Shown piece after piece: positions 48,653 to 59,139 of a stretch of DNA of 64,000 nt; positions within the stretch are counted from its first letter, which is position 1; the number at the start of each line of letters is the position of its first letter. Below the pieces are notes generated by a model that saw only the letters and a list, made by a program, of their open reading frames with translations, had not been told where the DNA came from and did not search any database. The position numbers were made by a program, and so were the translations under genes. Location: positions 301,500 through 365,499 of the forward strand of contig CAWIDS010000001.1 in the NCBI GenBank assembly GCA_963834935.1, read 5' to 3'. Origin of the DNA: Candidatus Nomurabacteria bacterium (GTDB taxonomy: Bacteria; Patescibacteriota; Minisyncoccia; Phycocordibacterales; CALRBL01).

Positions 48653-49245
48653 TGTCAGTAATAAAGCACAAGGAGCAGAGAGTGGGAATCTTCATTGATA
48701 CTCAGAATCTCTATCACAGCGCCAAGAATCTTTATCATGCGCGGGTGAATTTCGGCGCAATCATGAAAGAAGCCCTCGGCAACCGTTCCCTTATTAGGGC
48801 TGTTGCTTATGTCATCACTACCGAAGCAGGCGATGAAAAGAGCTTTTTCGAAGCTCTTGAAAAGATCGGCATTGAGACTAAGACTAAGAATCTTCAGATT
48901 TTCATGGGCGGAGCGAAGAAGGCAGACTGGGATGTGGGATTAGCGGTAGATGCCATTAAGCTTGCTCCCAAGCTCGATGCTGTAGTGATCGCTTCAGGAG
49001 ACGGCGACTTCATTCCACTTGTAGAATATCTTCAAACTAATGAAGGATGCCAAGTAGAAGTCATCTCATTCGGCAAATCATCATCCGGAAAATTAAAGGA
49101 AGTGGCTGACGATTTTATCGACATGTGCGAAAATCCCAAGAAATACCTCCTTAATTATTTTCCTTCGAACGCCGCTTCTTCAAACGTCAACAAGAGACGA
49201 AGGCCAAACTCATCCAAGAATCCTCCGGAAAATACGGTAGAATAG
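48652..49245 (+). CDS. NYN-domain (LabA/DUF88) protein
   Basis: IFIDTQNLY, KADWDVGLAVD, SGDGDF, ADDFID. Confidence 0.92.
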   Translation: MSVIKHKEQRVGIFIDTQNLYHSAKNLYHARVNFGAIMKEALGNRSLIRAVAYVITTEAGDEKSFFEALEKIGIETKTKNLQIFMGGAKKADWDVGLAVDAIKLAPKLDAVVIASGDGDFIPLVEYLQTNEGCQVEVISFGKSSSGKLKEVADDFIDMCENPKKYLLNYFPSNAASSNVNKRRRPNSSKNPPENTVE

Positions 49246-49249
49246 GAAA

Positions 49250-49996
49250 ATGAAGGAGACACCAGGCATACATACTTTCCAAACTGATCTCGCAGATGCG
49301 GTCAGCGACGAGTCTATCTCAAAGATAGACATATTACTCGAGAAGAATAAGAAAAATGAGACATCGGGTCTTGCCGAGGAGAGAAAAAACATTCTGCCGG
49401 TCATCATCGTCATATTAGGGTCTGTCGTAATATCTTTGATATTGATTTTTATTTACATACAATATAGGAGTAACAAAGCTCCAACTGTTCAAGCTCCAGT
49501 TATTGCTCCTCAAGAATTGATATATTTTGATTCTTTGAAAGAGGTTTCACCATCAACTTACGAATATAAAGCAAAGCCGGATGCGATAGGAGTAACTTTC
49601 TACCAGACAGATGCCTCCGCTGGGAATTTCTTAAGCATCCTCTCGCCATCCATCCCTCCGTCATTTCTTCGTTCCATAAGCGACAAATGGTTTTTCGGCG
49701 GAGTTCCTGCAGGGAACTTCATTATCCTGAAGACTGATTCTTTTCAGAGGGCATACCCTGGCATGCTGGAATGGGAACCGTCAATGAAGAAGGATTTGCT
49801 CGGCCTCTTTGATTCAAGTTCGACCGTCTCCGTCGGAAATTTCAATGATCAAGAAATAGGCAATTTGGCTGTGAGGGTGCTGCATGACCAGCAGGGCAAT
49901 ACACTATTCATGTATGGCTTCACGGATAATAATACTATTTTGATGGCTAAGAATAACGATACTTTTAACGCCATTTCCGGCTTATTGTTAAAGTAA
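49250..49996 (+). CDS. Hypothetical single-TM membrane protein
   Basis: HTFQTDLADAV N-terminus, one TM, AYPGMLEWE motif. Confidence 0.7.
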   Translation: MKETPGIHTFQTDLADAVSDESISKIDILLEKNKKNETSGLAEERKNILPVIIVILGSVVISLILIFIYIQYRSNKAPTVQAPVIAPQELIYFDSLKEVSPSTYEYKAKPDAIGVTFYQTDASAGNFLSILSPSIPPSFLRSISDKWFFGGVPAGNFIILKTDSFQRAYPGMLEWEPSMKKDLLGLFDSSSTVSVGNFNDQEIGNLAVRVLHDQQGNTLFMYGFTDNNTILMAKNNDTFNAISGLLLK

Positions 49997-50029
49997 GATT
50001 ATGGTATGATTAGCGATAATAAAAGAAAG

Positions 50030-50398
50030 ATGACACTCGACATTAACTACTTCAAGGAAAAATTATTGGCTGAGAAAAAACATCTGGAGACGGAGCTTTC
50101 AAGCGTTGCCCAGCAAGGCCACAAGGATAAGAACGATTGGCAGGCAAGGGGGACATTAAACGATGACAGTGTCGACGCCGATCCTAATGAAGTAGCCGAC
50201 AAGATCGAGGAATATGAGACGAATTATGGAATCGTCGATAATCTCAAATCGAATCTCGCTGAGGTAATAAATGCTCTCACGAAGATAGATGCCGGCACAT
50301 ATGGCATCTGTGAAGTGTCCGGAGATCCGATCGAAGAAGATCGCTTGATGGCCAATCCCGCAGCTCGCACATGCAAGCTCCATATCAATGCGAAATAG
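50030..50398 (+). CDS. TraR/DksA-family regulator
   Basis: Coiled coil with DPNEVAD; ALTKIDAGTYGICEVSGDPIEEDRLMANPAARTC. Confidence 0.88.
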   Translation: MTLDINYFKEKLLAEKKHLETELSSVAQQGHKDKNDWQARGTLNDDSVDADPNEVADKIEEYETNYGIVDNLKSNLAEVINALTKIDAGTYGICEVSGDPIEEDRLMANPAARTCKLHINAK

Positions 50399-50447
50399 TT
50401 GATCCTTTTTTCGGTTTTTCTTTATCTCATTCCCTGATAATCTGGAG

Positions 50448-51971
50448 ATGGGTTTCTATAAGACGACAAGTGCTCAAGTACATCTTCTTTCCTCATATCT
50501 GATAGACGTCGAAGCAGACATATCCAAAGGGCTTAATTCATTTTCAATCGTAGGGCTTCCTGACAAGGCAGTTGAAGAATCAAAAGACAGGGTCTCCGCT
50601 GCAATCAAGAACAGTGGCTTCAAGTCGCCTAAAAGCGTCAATCATAAGATCACTATCTCTCTTGCTCCAGCCGACCTTCGCAAAGAAGGCCCGAATTTTG
50701 ACGTGGCAATAGCCCTCGCTTATCTTAATTCCGTCGGTGACATAAGATTTGATCCGCGAGGCAGGCTATTCTTGGGCGAGCTCTCACTAGATGGAAGCCT
50801 GCGCCAGATAAAAGGAATATTGCCTTTAGTCCTTGAGGCAAAAAAACAAGGAATGAAAGAAGTATATATTCCTTTCGGAAATGCCGATGAAGCATCTTTC
50901 ATTTCTGACATAAGCATTTTCGCAATCAAGGATTTGAAGAGCCTCATCGGCCATCTTAATGAAAAAGAAGAAAAGAAAATAATTTTTCCTCTTGAGCATA
51001 TTCCTCTTTCACGAGCTAAACGCGATATTACGATTGATTTCAAGGATATAAAATGCCAAGGAGGAGCGAAAAGAGCTTTGGAAATAGCTGCTGCCGGAGG
51101 ACATAACATCATGCTGCATGGGCCGCCGGGCACGGGCAAGACCATGCTTGCCAGAGCTTTTTCATATCTCCCTCCTGAGCTTTCTTTCGACGAAGCGTTG
51201 ATTGTTAGTTCTATCCATTCCTCATCAGGATCGTCTTCGGAATTGCTCAGATATCCTCCGTTCAGGTCTCCTCACCATACATCTTCCTCTCAATCGATTG
51301 TAGGAGGAGGATCGATTCCTCATCCTGGTGAAGCAACCTTAGCCCATAATGGAATATTGTTCCTTGATGAATTTCCTGAATTCAACAGCAAAGTAATAGA
51401 AGCGCTGAGGCAGCCGCTGGAAGACAGGAGGCTCAGTATCTCTCGGGCGAGAAACTCGACAGTGTTTCCTTGCGACTTCATCTTGGTCGCCACCATGAAT
51501 CCGTGTCCTTGCGGCTATTCCGGTTCGACAAATAGGGTTTGCGTTTGCAGCGACAAGATCGTACAAAGATATCAAAGGAAAATCTCCGGACCGATTGCCG
51601 ATAGGATCGATCTGTGGATCGAGGTAGGAACTTTTGATCACAAAAAATTGACGAAAGAAAAAGAAAGCGAGTCGACGGAAGATGTGCGAAAAAGGGTGGC
51701 AAAAGCTCGTGACAGGCAATATGAGAGATCGGGATGTCTTAATTGCAGGATGGATTCAAAAGATATCGCCGATACGTGCCTTATCAAGAAATCTTCGCTC
51801 AAACTTCTTGATTCTTCGGCTGAGAGCTTGTCTTTGTCGGCAAGGATGTATCACCGGATTATGAAAATAGCCAGGACTATAGCTGATTTGGAAGGGGCAG
51901 AATATATTGAAGCTGAGCATATTCTGGAAGCGCTCCAATATCGCCCGAAATTAAGGATATTTCAGAATTAG
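50448..51971 (+). CDS. comM: YifB/ComM Mg-chelatase-like AAA+ ATPase
   Basis: VGLPDKAVEESKDRV, LAPADLRKEG, GPPGTGKT, PFRSPHHT, LFLDE, MNPCPCG. Confidence 0.93.
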   Translation: MGFYKTTSAQVHLLSSYLIDVEADISKGLNSFSIVGLPDKAVEESKDRVSAAIKNSGFKSPKSVNHKITISLAPADLRKEGPNFDVAIALAYLNSVGDIRFDPRGRLFLGELSLDGSLRQIKGILPLVLEAKKQGMKEVYIPFGNADEASFISDISIFAIKDLKSLIGHLNEKEEKKIIFPLEHIPLSRAKRDITIDFKDIKCQGGAKRALEIAAAGGHNIMLHGPPGTGKTMLARAFSYLPPELSFDEALIVSSIHSSSGSSSELLRYPPFRSPHHTSSSQSIVGGGSIPHPGEATLAHNGILFLDEFPEFNSKVIEALRQPLEDRRLSISRARNSTVFPCDFILVATMNPCPCGYSGSTNRVCVCSDKIVQRYQRKISGPIADRIDLWIEVGTFDHKKLTKEKESESTEDVRKRVAKARDRQYERSGCLNCRMDSKDIADTCLIKKSSLKLLDSSAESLSLSARMYHRIMKIARTIADLEGAEYIEAEHILEALQYRPKLRIFQN

Positions 51972-51977
51972 GTTCCG

Positions 51978-53192
51978 CTAGAAAGGATTGATTCCTCCAC
52001 GGACTTCGAAATGCACATGGACACCTGTTGAATCTCCAGTGCTTCCCATTCGCCCGATGACATCTCCTTGGCTTACTTTCTCTCCTTGCGTGACAGAGAT
52101 GGAGTTCATGTGCGCATAAAGAGTCTCCATTCCGTTAGGATGCTTGATGACCACGTAGTTTCCATAGCCTCCATTCCAGCTGTTTCCGCCGCGAACGACG
52201 ATGACTGTTCCGTCCGCCGCTGCCATGATAGGAGTATTGAGGGAGCTTGCAAGGTCGACCGCATTATGTCCGTGGAGGCCTTGGGTCTTGACGCCGCCAT
52301 GAATCGGCCTGATGAAATATCCGCCATCACTCTTGATAGGAACTTTCTGGCCATTTACGAGAGGGGTGATTGCAGCTAATCGAGGCACTGATTGCGGAGG
52401 AACGGGGGTGCCAGCAGAGGCAGAGGCACTGACCGAAGCGCTTATTGAGCCCGATGTCGTGCTTGGAGCATCACTTGCTTCGCCGTCAGGAATGATAATC
52501 TGGTCTCCAACAGAGAGATCTGTCTCGCTTGAAAGGCCGTTATACGAGAGTATTTCAGCAGAGTCTCCTTTGAAAGAAGAAGCAATACTCTTCAGAGTAT
52601 CGCCTTTTTTGACCGTGTATTTGATTCCGGAAACGGGAAGGATGACCAGCTCCTGGCCTTTTTTAAGCGTTGATTTGCTGTTCAGGTCATTGGCCCATCT
52701 GATGGTATTTTCTGTCACGTCGAACATGGCAGCTACGCTTTGAACAGTATCCCCGTCCTGGACGATGTAGGTGCTTATCTGATCTGATGATGCCGAGGCG
52801 TCTGTCGATGTTCCGGGAGTAGGTTTCCCATTATCCATAAGAGCTTGACCCGCAACTAAATAAGTGGTTGAACTGTCATCAACCGCCTGAGGGTCGATAT
52901 TCGTATTTGCCTGAAGAAGCGGCACGGTTTGGATATTAGCGGATGAGCTCGATGAATCAGTGTCTAATGCATAAGCCACGCTTGTTCCTGTACCTGCAAG
53001 ACCTAACAGCCCCGATGAGGCGAGGGTCAATAAGAGGGCTATGTTGAGAGGTGAAGCGTTCGATATCGCGCGCTTGATGCTCTTATGTTTGTTTCTTAAA
53101 ATAAGTTTTCTTGAGTTTAAATCTATGACCTTCGCACATTCCATTTCATTCTGTATCCTTGCATGATGTCTGTCGGAGAAGTGCTCATTCAA
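51978..53192 (-). CDS. LysM x2 plus M23 peptidase
   Basis: YIVQDGDT, YTVKKGDT, HNAVD, YGNYVVIKH, YAHM, STGVHVHFE; start uncertain. Confidence 0.92.
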   Translation of the reverse strand: MNEHFSDRHHARIQNEMECAKVIDLNSRKLILRNKHKSIKRAISNASPLNIALLLTLASSGLLGLAGTGTSVAYALDTDSSSSSANIQTVPLLQANTNIDPQAVDDSSTTYLVAGQALMDNGKPTPGTSTDASASSDQISTYIVQDGDTVQSVAAMFDVTENTIRWANDLNSKSTLKKGQELVILPVSGIKYTVKKGDTLKSIASSFKGDSAEILSYNGLSSETDLSVGDQIIIPDGEASDAPSTTSGSISASVSASASAGTPVPPQSVPRLAAITPLVNGQKVPIKSDGGYFIRPIHGGVKTQGLHGHNAVDLASSLNTPIMAAADGTVIVVRGGNSWNGGYGNYVVIKHPNGMETLYAHMNSISVTQGEKVSQGDVIGRMGSTGDSTGVHVHFEVRGGINPF

Positions 53193-53287
53193 TGATATCG
53201 AGCGCTAGACCGTTGTCAACAACGGCTCGATAACAAGTCTTTATACAATATATATGATAAAATTCATGCATATAAATAGGACTTATT

Positions 53288-56200
53288 ATGCCTGAAGTAC
53301 CAAAAAACCCAGAAGCAAGAAATAATAGAGAAGGGAATCCGCTTCCCGAGCTCACTCTTGAGAGAGTAAATATTTTGCTTCAGAAGGTAGAATCTTGCCT
53401 GAATAAGCTTTCCTTGCCTATACAGCAGGAAAATATAGAAGAATACAGCATGCTCAACTCCTCGGATTTTTTTCTGAGGATGTTCAGGGATTATATTGGA
53501 AACGTGACGGCTTATCCGCCTCCGGATGGCAGGGCTCTCGAAATTCTCACACAGCTTTCTTCGGAGCAAGGTCCTTATTGGGATGTCTTGAATGGGAATT
53601 ATGAAAAAAGAGAGCAAATGCAGGAACCAGAAACCCTGGCAAGTCCTGAAAGTGATTTAGCGGAAGAAATAGCAGGAATACAAGACGTCTATGAATTGTT
53701 TGAAATTTTTAACAGGGATGAACAGGATCAGAAAATCGCACGTATGCTGGGGGACGTGATAAAAACCGTAGATAGCATTGAAAAGTTCGGGTCTTGGGAA
53801 AAACCGCATCAGTATCTTGATGCTATCATCCGAGCTCTTCCGGAAGAAAATGGATTGAGAGCAAAAGTAATCGAATTGGTGAATCAGAGATTCGCTGACG
53901 AGATATTAAAAATGAAAGGAGATGAACAACCTTCCGAACTCCCTTCGGAACTAGAACCAGATATCGAGAACAAGACAGATGCCGTAAATCCGGAAATCAC
54001 CCGAGGACTTTCAGCTCTCGGCATGACTAAGGAACAGCTTGAAGAAGTTCCCGGTTTTGCTGACATCAAGGATTCTGAAGGTCAGACGATATTCCTTTTG
54101 AGGAATCTTGCTCAGATAAAGCGCCGTGTTATCGCCGCAGAGGCGCGCGAGCAGACTGAAAGCGAGATACGCCAGACCAAAAATGGCATAGCGCGGGCAT
54201 TGAAGAGAACCTTTTCAAACGGAAAGGTAAACAAGAAAGAGCAGGCTCTTTCGCGGGAAGCCTTTGATTTTGAAAAGTACAAGGATGAAGTCGCTAATGT
54301 CATCGAGATAGTGAAAAGTGTCGGAGACATCGCATCATATGAAGGAGATGAAGGAAAGATGCGCTTGTATATAAGGTATACCGAAGATGTTTCTTTCAAT
54401 ACGGCCGCCAGCGAATACACCGAAGTTCCGCCAGAATACAAATGGAAAGACTATTCATCAAAAGAGAAAAAGATATTCCAAGAAAGAAAAAAAACATATC
54501 TGAGAGAAAGGGAAAATCTTCTGAACGCTTCCGGATCATCTGCAAAGGAAGCAATGCTCCAGCTGAATGATGTTGATTTAAAGATAAAGATAAATCAATC
54601 GCTTCTTGAGAATCCGAATGCGGAACTTGAGCTCCGAAGGCTTGCCGAAGTAAAAGGATGGGATATGAGGAACGAAGCCGCAAAAGCTCAGCTCGGCATA
54701 GAAGGGAGGTCATCATTGATTGGAGGAGTCATCCAAGGCGCCGGACAATTGGGACTGAGGATGGGCGCAAGAGCCGGAGCAAAATCACTCTTGGCGGGAT
54801 GCATAGGCATCGTCTCAGCACCCCTTTCTGCGGCCATAGTCGGAGCAGGCTTCGGTGCGTTCAGAGGCGGCAAGAAAGCGCATGAGCGCCTCGGAAAGGA
54901 AGAGGAACTGATCAGGATGGGTTCGGAAGAGAAGACTACAACAAATAAGAAGCTCAAGAGATTGATCGAAGAAAAGGCCCGCTACGTGAAGCGAGAGGTG
55001 GAAATTTCCCGCGACTGGCATCCTATCAATGAGGTTGATCAGGCTGAGAAAGAAGGCGAGCTTGCCAGAATCAAAGGAAGAATAGAAGAAATCCAATCAG
55101 AGATAAACAGCGTCAGAGAAAAAAGCACTGATCAGAATTTCGTCAAAGCCGACGACTTGTCGGAAAAGATCGGCCGCTTGAACAGGCTTGCTGAGATGAG
55201 TTACATTTCTTGGTGCAATGAGCCAGGAAACGCCAACCGTTCCCTGGACGAATACCATAAGAAGCACAAGGAATGTGTCGAGGCCCTTGAAGTGCGGCTT
55301 GAGTATGCGCAAAGGAAGCTCACCGAAGGCAGGATTTCGTTCGGCGCTGAGAAGGAGGCGATCGGCAATAAATTCAATTTCATAAAGGTACTTTCCAAGG
55401 CAACGGCTTGTTTGGCGACCGATACCTATTTTTATGATGAGGATTCGCAGCAGGAAATAGTCGGCAAGAAGGGATCGACACGACGAGGAAGGCTCGCAGG
55501 TATCATCGGCCTTGCAGAAGAAAGGATAAAAAATAATCAGCGCTGGTATGTAGGGAAGCAGGCCGCTTTAGGTGCGGTTACCGGAGGACTGGTCTCAGGG
55601 TTGGTGTCCGGCGCGATTCAAGAATATTCAGGACTTTTCAGTTCCCATATGGCTGGAGACATTCATGATCATGCGCGTGAAGTCGCGAGCAAGTCAGGAT
55701 ATGTCGCAGGAAAAGATTTCGAGAATACTGTAACCGAAGGGGTAAAGAATCAGGTCGCTCATAATCATGCGGAACATCTGATCAATAGCTCTTCTCAAGC
55801 AGCAGCATCACCGACGCCTGATTCATCACCTATACAGGCGCCTGGCGTTCATCACTCTGATTTTCATATCGATAATTCGCCGCTTCGACGATTGCTAGTA
55901 ACGGATCATCCAGCGTCTGCTGCCGTTCCACAGCATGCCGCTTCGGTAAAGCCGCCGGCGGGACTGAAAGTCGAAATTCCTGCAGCTGCCGCTCCGAAGC
56001 CGGAAGTTCCGGTCGCAGTCATTGAAAAGCCATTCACTTTCGTATTGAAAAACGAACATCAGAGCCGAGAGTATGCGCTCGTCCAGTATTTCAAGAGCAA
56101 AGGATTGAGCTCGCATGAAGCCGGCATCAAGGCGCACCGGACGCTCAAGGAACTGTTCGGTCCGAAAGGGGAAAGGACGCTCACTCCCGTGCACGCTCAT

Positions 56201-57172
56201 GACAATGTGCTCATTTCTGAAAAAGACGGAAAGATAAGTATCTCATTAGTTCCCAAGGCTCACGTCGTGGATACACCGCCCCAAACTGAAGTAGTCGAGA
56301 CCATCCTGATAAAGGATCATCAGATCGATCAGCTCACCCATCACGAGATACATACGGATTCGGCGGAACGGGCGGTCACTCGGACGCTCCACGAGAATGC
56401 AGACAAATACGGATACAACGGAGACATGCAGGATGCGCACGCCCTCCATGACTGGACAAGCGGCATGACCAGGGAAGTGCTCAAGCAGAATCCCGACATC
56501 GCGCACGCGATCACTCATGACGGCAACGCGCTACAGCTTCATCGCACTCCGACTGGCGGCTGGTTCGCAGAAGTAAAGAAAAGCATGGCTGATGTCCATC
56601 AGAACGCGCAGACGACGACTGCTCCTGTTGCCGCAGCTGCGCCTGCATCAGCCGACCATGTCGCATCTACAGCTGATGTTGCTCAGAACACGGCAACGAC
56701 TGTCGCTCATGAGATGCAGACTCCTCCCGAAGTGACGCAACTCCTTTCATCGTATGAAGTGAAAGCTCCTACTAACCTTCCTACCATCCTTGAGAAAATA
56801 CTCGAAAAAGATCCGCGATTCATGTCATTGAGCGCTGATGCCAAGGATCGGGCATTATATGATCTCTTTATAAATGAGTATGTAAAGGAGGGAGCAAGCT
56901 CTTACAAGGATATTGGCATTACTTCAGGTAATCCATTCGATATAGCTTCCGGAACTCTTTCCCTCGACAGTAATTTCTTGGAGAATAGCGATGTCGTTTC
57001 AAGTATCATAAAAGAAGCTACTGATCCGGCACACGTAGATTCTTTGAAAGATGGATTGGGACTCAGGGAACATTTGAGCGACTTAGCGAATGCTTTGAAA
57101 GGATTGAACGCGAAAGATGTCGATGCGAAGGCTATCGCAGAGAAGCTGAAAGAATTGAGAGAAGCGAAATAA
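53288..57172 (+). CDS. Large hypothetical protein (1,294 aa): helical N-region, two Gly/Ala hydrophobic segments, His-rich C-region with degenerate LysM-like repeats
   Basis: Long uninterrupted ORF; motifs described in findings. Confidence 0.8.
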   Translation: MPEVPKNPEARNNREGNPLPELTLERVNILLQKVESCLNKLSLPIQQENIEEYSMLNSSDFFLRMFRDYIGNVTAYPPPDGRALEILTQLSSEQGPYWDVLNGNYEKREQMQEPETLASPESDLAEEIAGIQDVYELFEIFNRDEQDQKIARMLGDVIKTVDSIEKFGSWEKPHQYLDAIIRALPEENGLRAKVIELVNQRFADEILKMKGDEQPSELPSELEPDIENKTDAVNPEITRGLSALGMTKEQLEEVPGFADIKDSEGQTIFLLRNLAQIKRRVIAAEAREQTESEIRQTKNGIARALKRTFSNGKVNKKEQALSREAFDFEKYKDEVANVIEIVKSVGDIASYEGDEGKMRLYIRYTEDVSFNTAASEYTEVPPEYKWKDYSSKEKKIFQERKKTYLRERENLLNASGSSAKEAMLQLNDVDLKIKINQSLLENPNAELELRRLAEVKGWDMRNEAAKAQLGIEGRSSLIGGVIQGAGQLGLRMGARAGAKSLLAGCIGIVSAPLSAAIVGAGFGAFRGGKKAHERLGKEEELIRMGSEEKTTTNKKLKRLIEEKARYVKREVEISRDWHPINEVDQAEKEGELARIKGRIEEIQSEINSVREKSTDQNFVKADDLSEKIGRLNRLAEMSYISWCNEPGNANRSLDEYHKKHKECVEALEVRLEYAQRKLTEGRISFGAEKEAIGNKFNFIKVLSKATACLATDTYFYDEDSQQEIVGKKGSTRRGRLAGIIGLAEERIKNNQRWYVGKQAALGAVTGGLVSGLVSGAIQEYSGLFSSHMAGDIHDHAREVASKSGYVAGKDFENTVTEGVKNQVAHNHAEHLINSSSQAAASPTPDSSPIQAPGVHHSDFHIDNSPLRRLLVTDHPASAAVPQHAASVKPPAGLKVEIPAAAAPKPEVPVAVIEKPFTFVLKNEHQSREYALVQYFKSKGLSSHEAGIKAHRTLKELFGPKGERTLTPVHAHDNVLISEKDGKISISLVPKAHVVDTPPQTEVVETILIKDHQIDQLTHHEIHTDSAERAVTRTLHENADKYGYNGDMQDAHALHDWTSGMTREVLKQNPDIAHAITHDGNALQLHRTPTGGWFAEVKKSMADVHQNAQTTTAPVAAAAPASADHVASTADVAQNTATTVAHEMQTPPEVTQLLSSYEVKAPTNLPTILEKILEKDPRFMSLSADAKDRALYDLFINEYVKEGASSYKDIGITSGNPFDIASGTLSLDSNFLENSDVVSSIIKEATDPAHVDSLKDGLGLREHLSDLANALKGLNAKDVDAKAIAEKLKELREAK

Positions 57173-57202
57173 AAAACGATTGAGCTGTGATATATTGGAT
57201 GG

Positions 57203-59116
57203 ATGGAAACTCTCAATGAGCAGCAGAAAGAAGCGGTCCTTCAGACAGAAGGGCCGGTTCTTGTCTTGGCCGGAGCTGGCGCGGGAAAGACCAAGACGCT
57301 GGTGCATCGCATGCTTCATCTGATAGAGAAGGGCGTGCCGCCGCAGGCAATACTTGCCATCACTTTCACCAACAAAGCGGGAAAGGAAATGCGCGAGCGC
57401 GTTCACCAGCTGCTTTCTTCTTCTCATCCGCATATGGGCACCCCGTTCATCTCGACATTTCATTCCCTCGGCGTGCATATCATCAAAGACAATGCCGAGC
57501 TTCTCGGCTTGCCTCGGCATTTTTCCATCTTCGACAGAAGTGACAGCAAGAGGGCGATCAAGGATAGCTTGGTGAAAGCTGGCTTTGATCCGAAGCAATA
57601 CGATCCCTCGAATGTCTTGTCGGCTATCAGTAGGGAAAAAGGAGATGCCGTTTCGCTCCGAGAATTTGAGAATAATGTCGGCAATGATTATCTTAAAAAA
57701 GTGTCACTCGCTGTCTGGAGGGAATACGAAGCGATCTTGAAAAAGGAAAAAGCTCTCGATTTCGACGATTTGCTTTTGAAAACTCTTCTTCTGCTAAAGC
57801 AGAATGAGAATGTCTTGGCGAAATATCAGGACATTTGGAAATATATACACATAGATGAGTATCAGGATACGAACAAAGTGCAGTATCAAATTTCCAAATT
57901 GCTTGCAGCGAAGAGTAAGAATATCTGCGCGGTAGGGGACATAGATCAGAACATATACAGCTGGCGCGGAGCTGACATCCGCAACATCCTCAATTTCGAA
58001 AAGGATTATCCTGATTCAAAGATCATCTTGCTTGAGGAAAATTACCGCTCGACAAACAATATCCTCGAGGCGGCCAATGAAGTGATCAAGAAGAATGTCC
58101 ACCGCCGCGAGAAGAATCTTTTTACCCGCAAGGAGGGAGGGGAGAAGATTTCACTATACGGAGCCTATGATGAAAGCGACGAGGCAGACTACATCGCCCG
58201 CACTTCAGGCAATCTTATCGAGAAGGGGGTTTCTCCTGATGAGATAGCGGTACTCTATAGGGCCAATTTCCAGTCGCGGGTCATCGAGGAAGCTTTTCTT
58301 TCTCGCAGCTTGCCTTATCAGGTGCTCGGCGTGCGCTTCTTCGAGCGAAAGGAAATCAAGGATGCCCTTTCGTACTTGCGCCTTGCTCTCAATCCTGATT
58401 CCGAATCCGATTTTAAACGCATCATAAATGTACCGACGCGAGGAATCGGCAAAGTGACTATCGACAAGATCATCCAAGGGAAAAAGGAAACTTTGCCGGC
58501 GGCTGTTGCGGCGAAGTACGGGTATTTCCTCGGCTTGCTGGTGAAAATAAAGGCAGAGGCTCTTTCCGGAAGGGTTTCAGATACCATAACCTATATATTG
58601 AACGAAGCGGGACTTTTCAAAATGTACAAGGAAGGCAAGGATGAAGACGAAGACAAAGTGGAAAACCTCAAAGAGCTTGTGACTTTGGCTAAGCGATACG
58701 ACCATCTTCCGGCAGAAGATGGCATCGGCGCATTTCTCGAAGACGTATCGCTCGCTTCCGACCAGGATGAGATGAATGAGAACAGGAAGACTGTGAAGAT
58801 GCTGACGGTTCACTCGGCAAAAGGTTTAGAGTTCGATTATGTCTTTATCGCCGGCCTCGAAGAGGATCTTTTTCCCCACAAGAAGATGAATGAATCGAAG
58901 ATCTCAAGTGAGCAGGCTGAAGAAGAACGGCGCCTTTTTTACGTGGCATTGACCCGCGCGCGCAAGAAGCTTTACCTTTCCCATGCGCTCGTGCGCACTA
59001 TTTTCGGCATGAAGAAGTACAACATCCAATCGGAATTCGTCTCGGATATCCCGACTAGTCTTGTTGAAAATGTCGAAAACAATGTCGGCATAAAGTCGAT
59101 CTTCATCGACTATTAG
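57203..59116 (+). CDS. pcrA: UvrD/PcrA DNA helicase
   Basis: LAGAGAGKT, TFTNKA, IDEYQDTN, VGDIDQNIYSWRGA, LEENYRS, HSAKGLEF, EERRLFYVALTRA. Confidence 0.95.
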   Translation: METLNEQQKEAVLQTEGPVLVLAGAGAGKTKTLVHRMLHLIEKGVPPQAILAITFTNKAGKEMRERVHQLLSSSHPHMGTPFISTFHSLGVHIIKDNAELLGLPRHFSIFDRSDSKRAIKDSLVKAGFDPKQYDPSNVLSAISREKGDAVSLREFENNVGNDYLKKVSLAVWREYEAILKKEKALDFDDLLLKTLLLLKQNENVLAKYQDIWKYIHIDEYQDTNKVQYQISKLLAAKSKNICAVGDIDQNIYSWRGADIRNILNFEKDYPDSKIILLEENYRSTNNILEAANEVIKKNVHRREKNLFTRKEGGEKISLYGAYDESDEADYIARTSGNLIEKGVSPDEIAVLYRANFQSRVIEEAFLSRSLPYQVLGVRFFERKEIKDALSYLRLALNPDSESDFKRIINVPTRGIGKVTIDKIIQGKKETLPAAVAAKYGYFLGLLVKIKAEALSGRVSDTITYILNEAGLFKMYKEGKDEDEDKVENLKELVTLAKRYDHLPAEDGIGAFLEDVSLASDQDEMNENRKTVKMLTVHSAKGLEFDYVFIAGLEEDLFPHKKMNESKISSEQAEEERRLFYVALTRARKKLYLSHALVRTIFGMKKYNIQSEFVSDIPTSLVENVENNVGIKSIFIDY

Positions 59117-59139
59117 CCTCTTTGATGTATATTTGAGAA

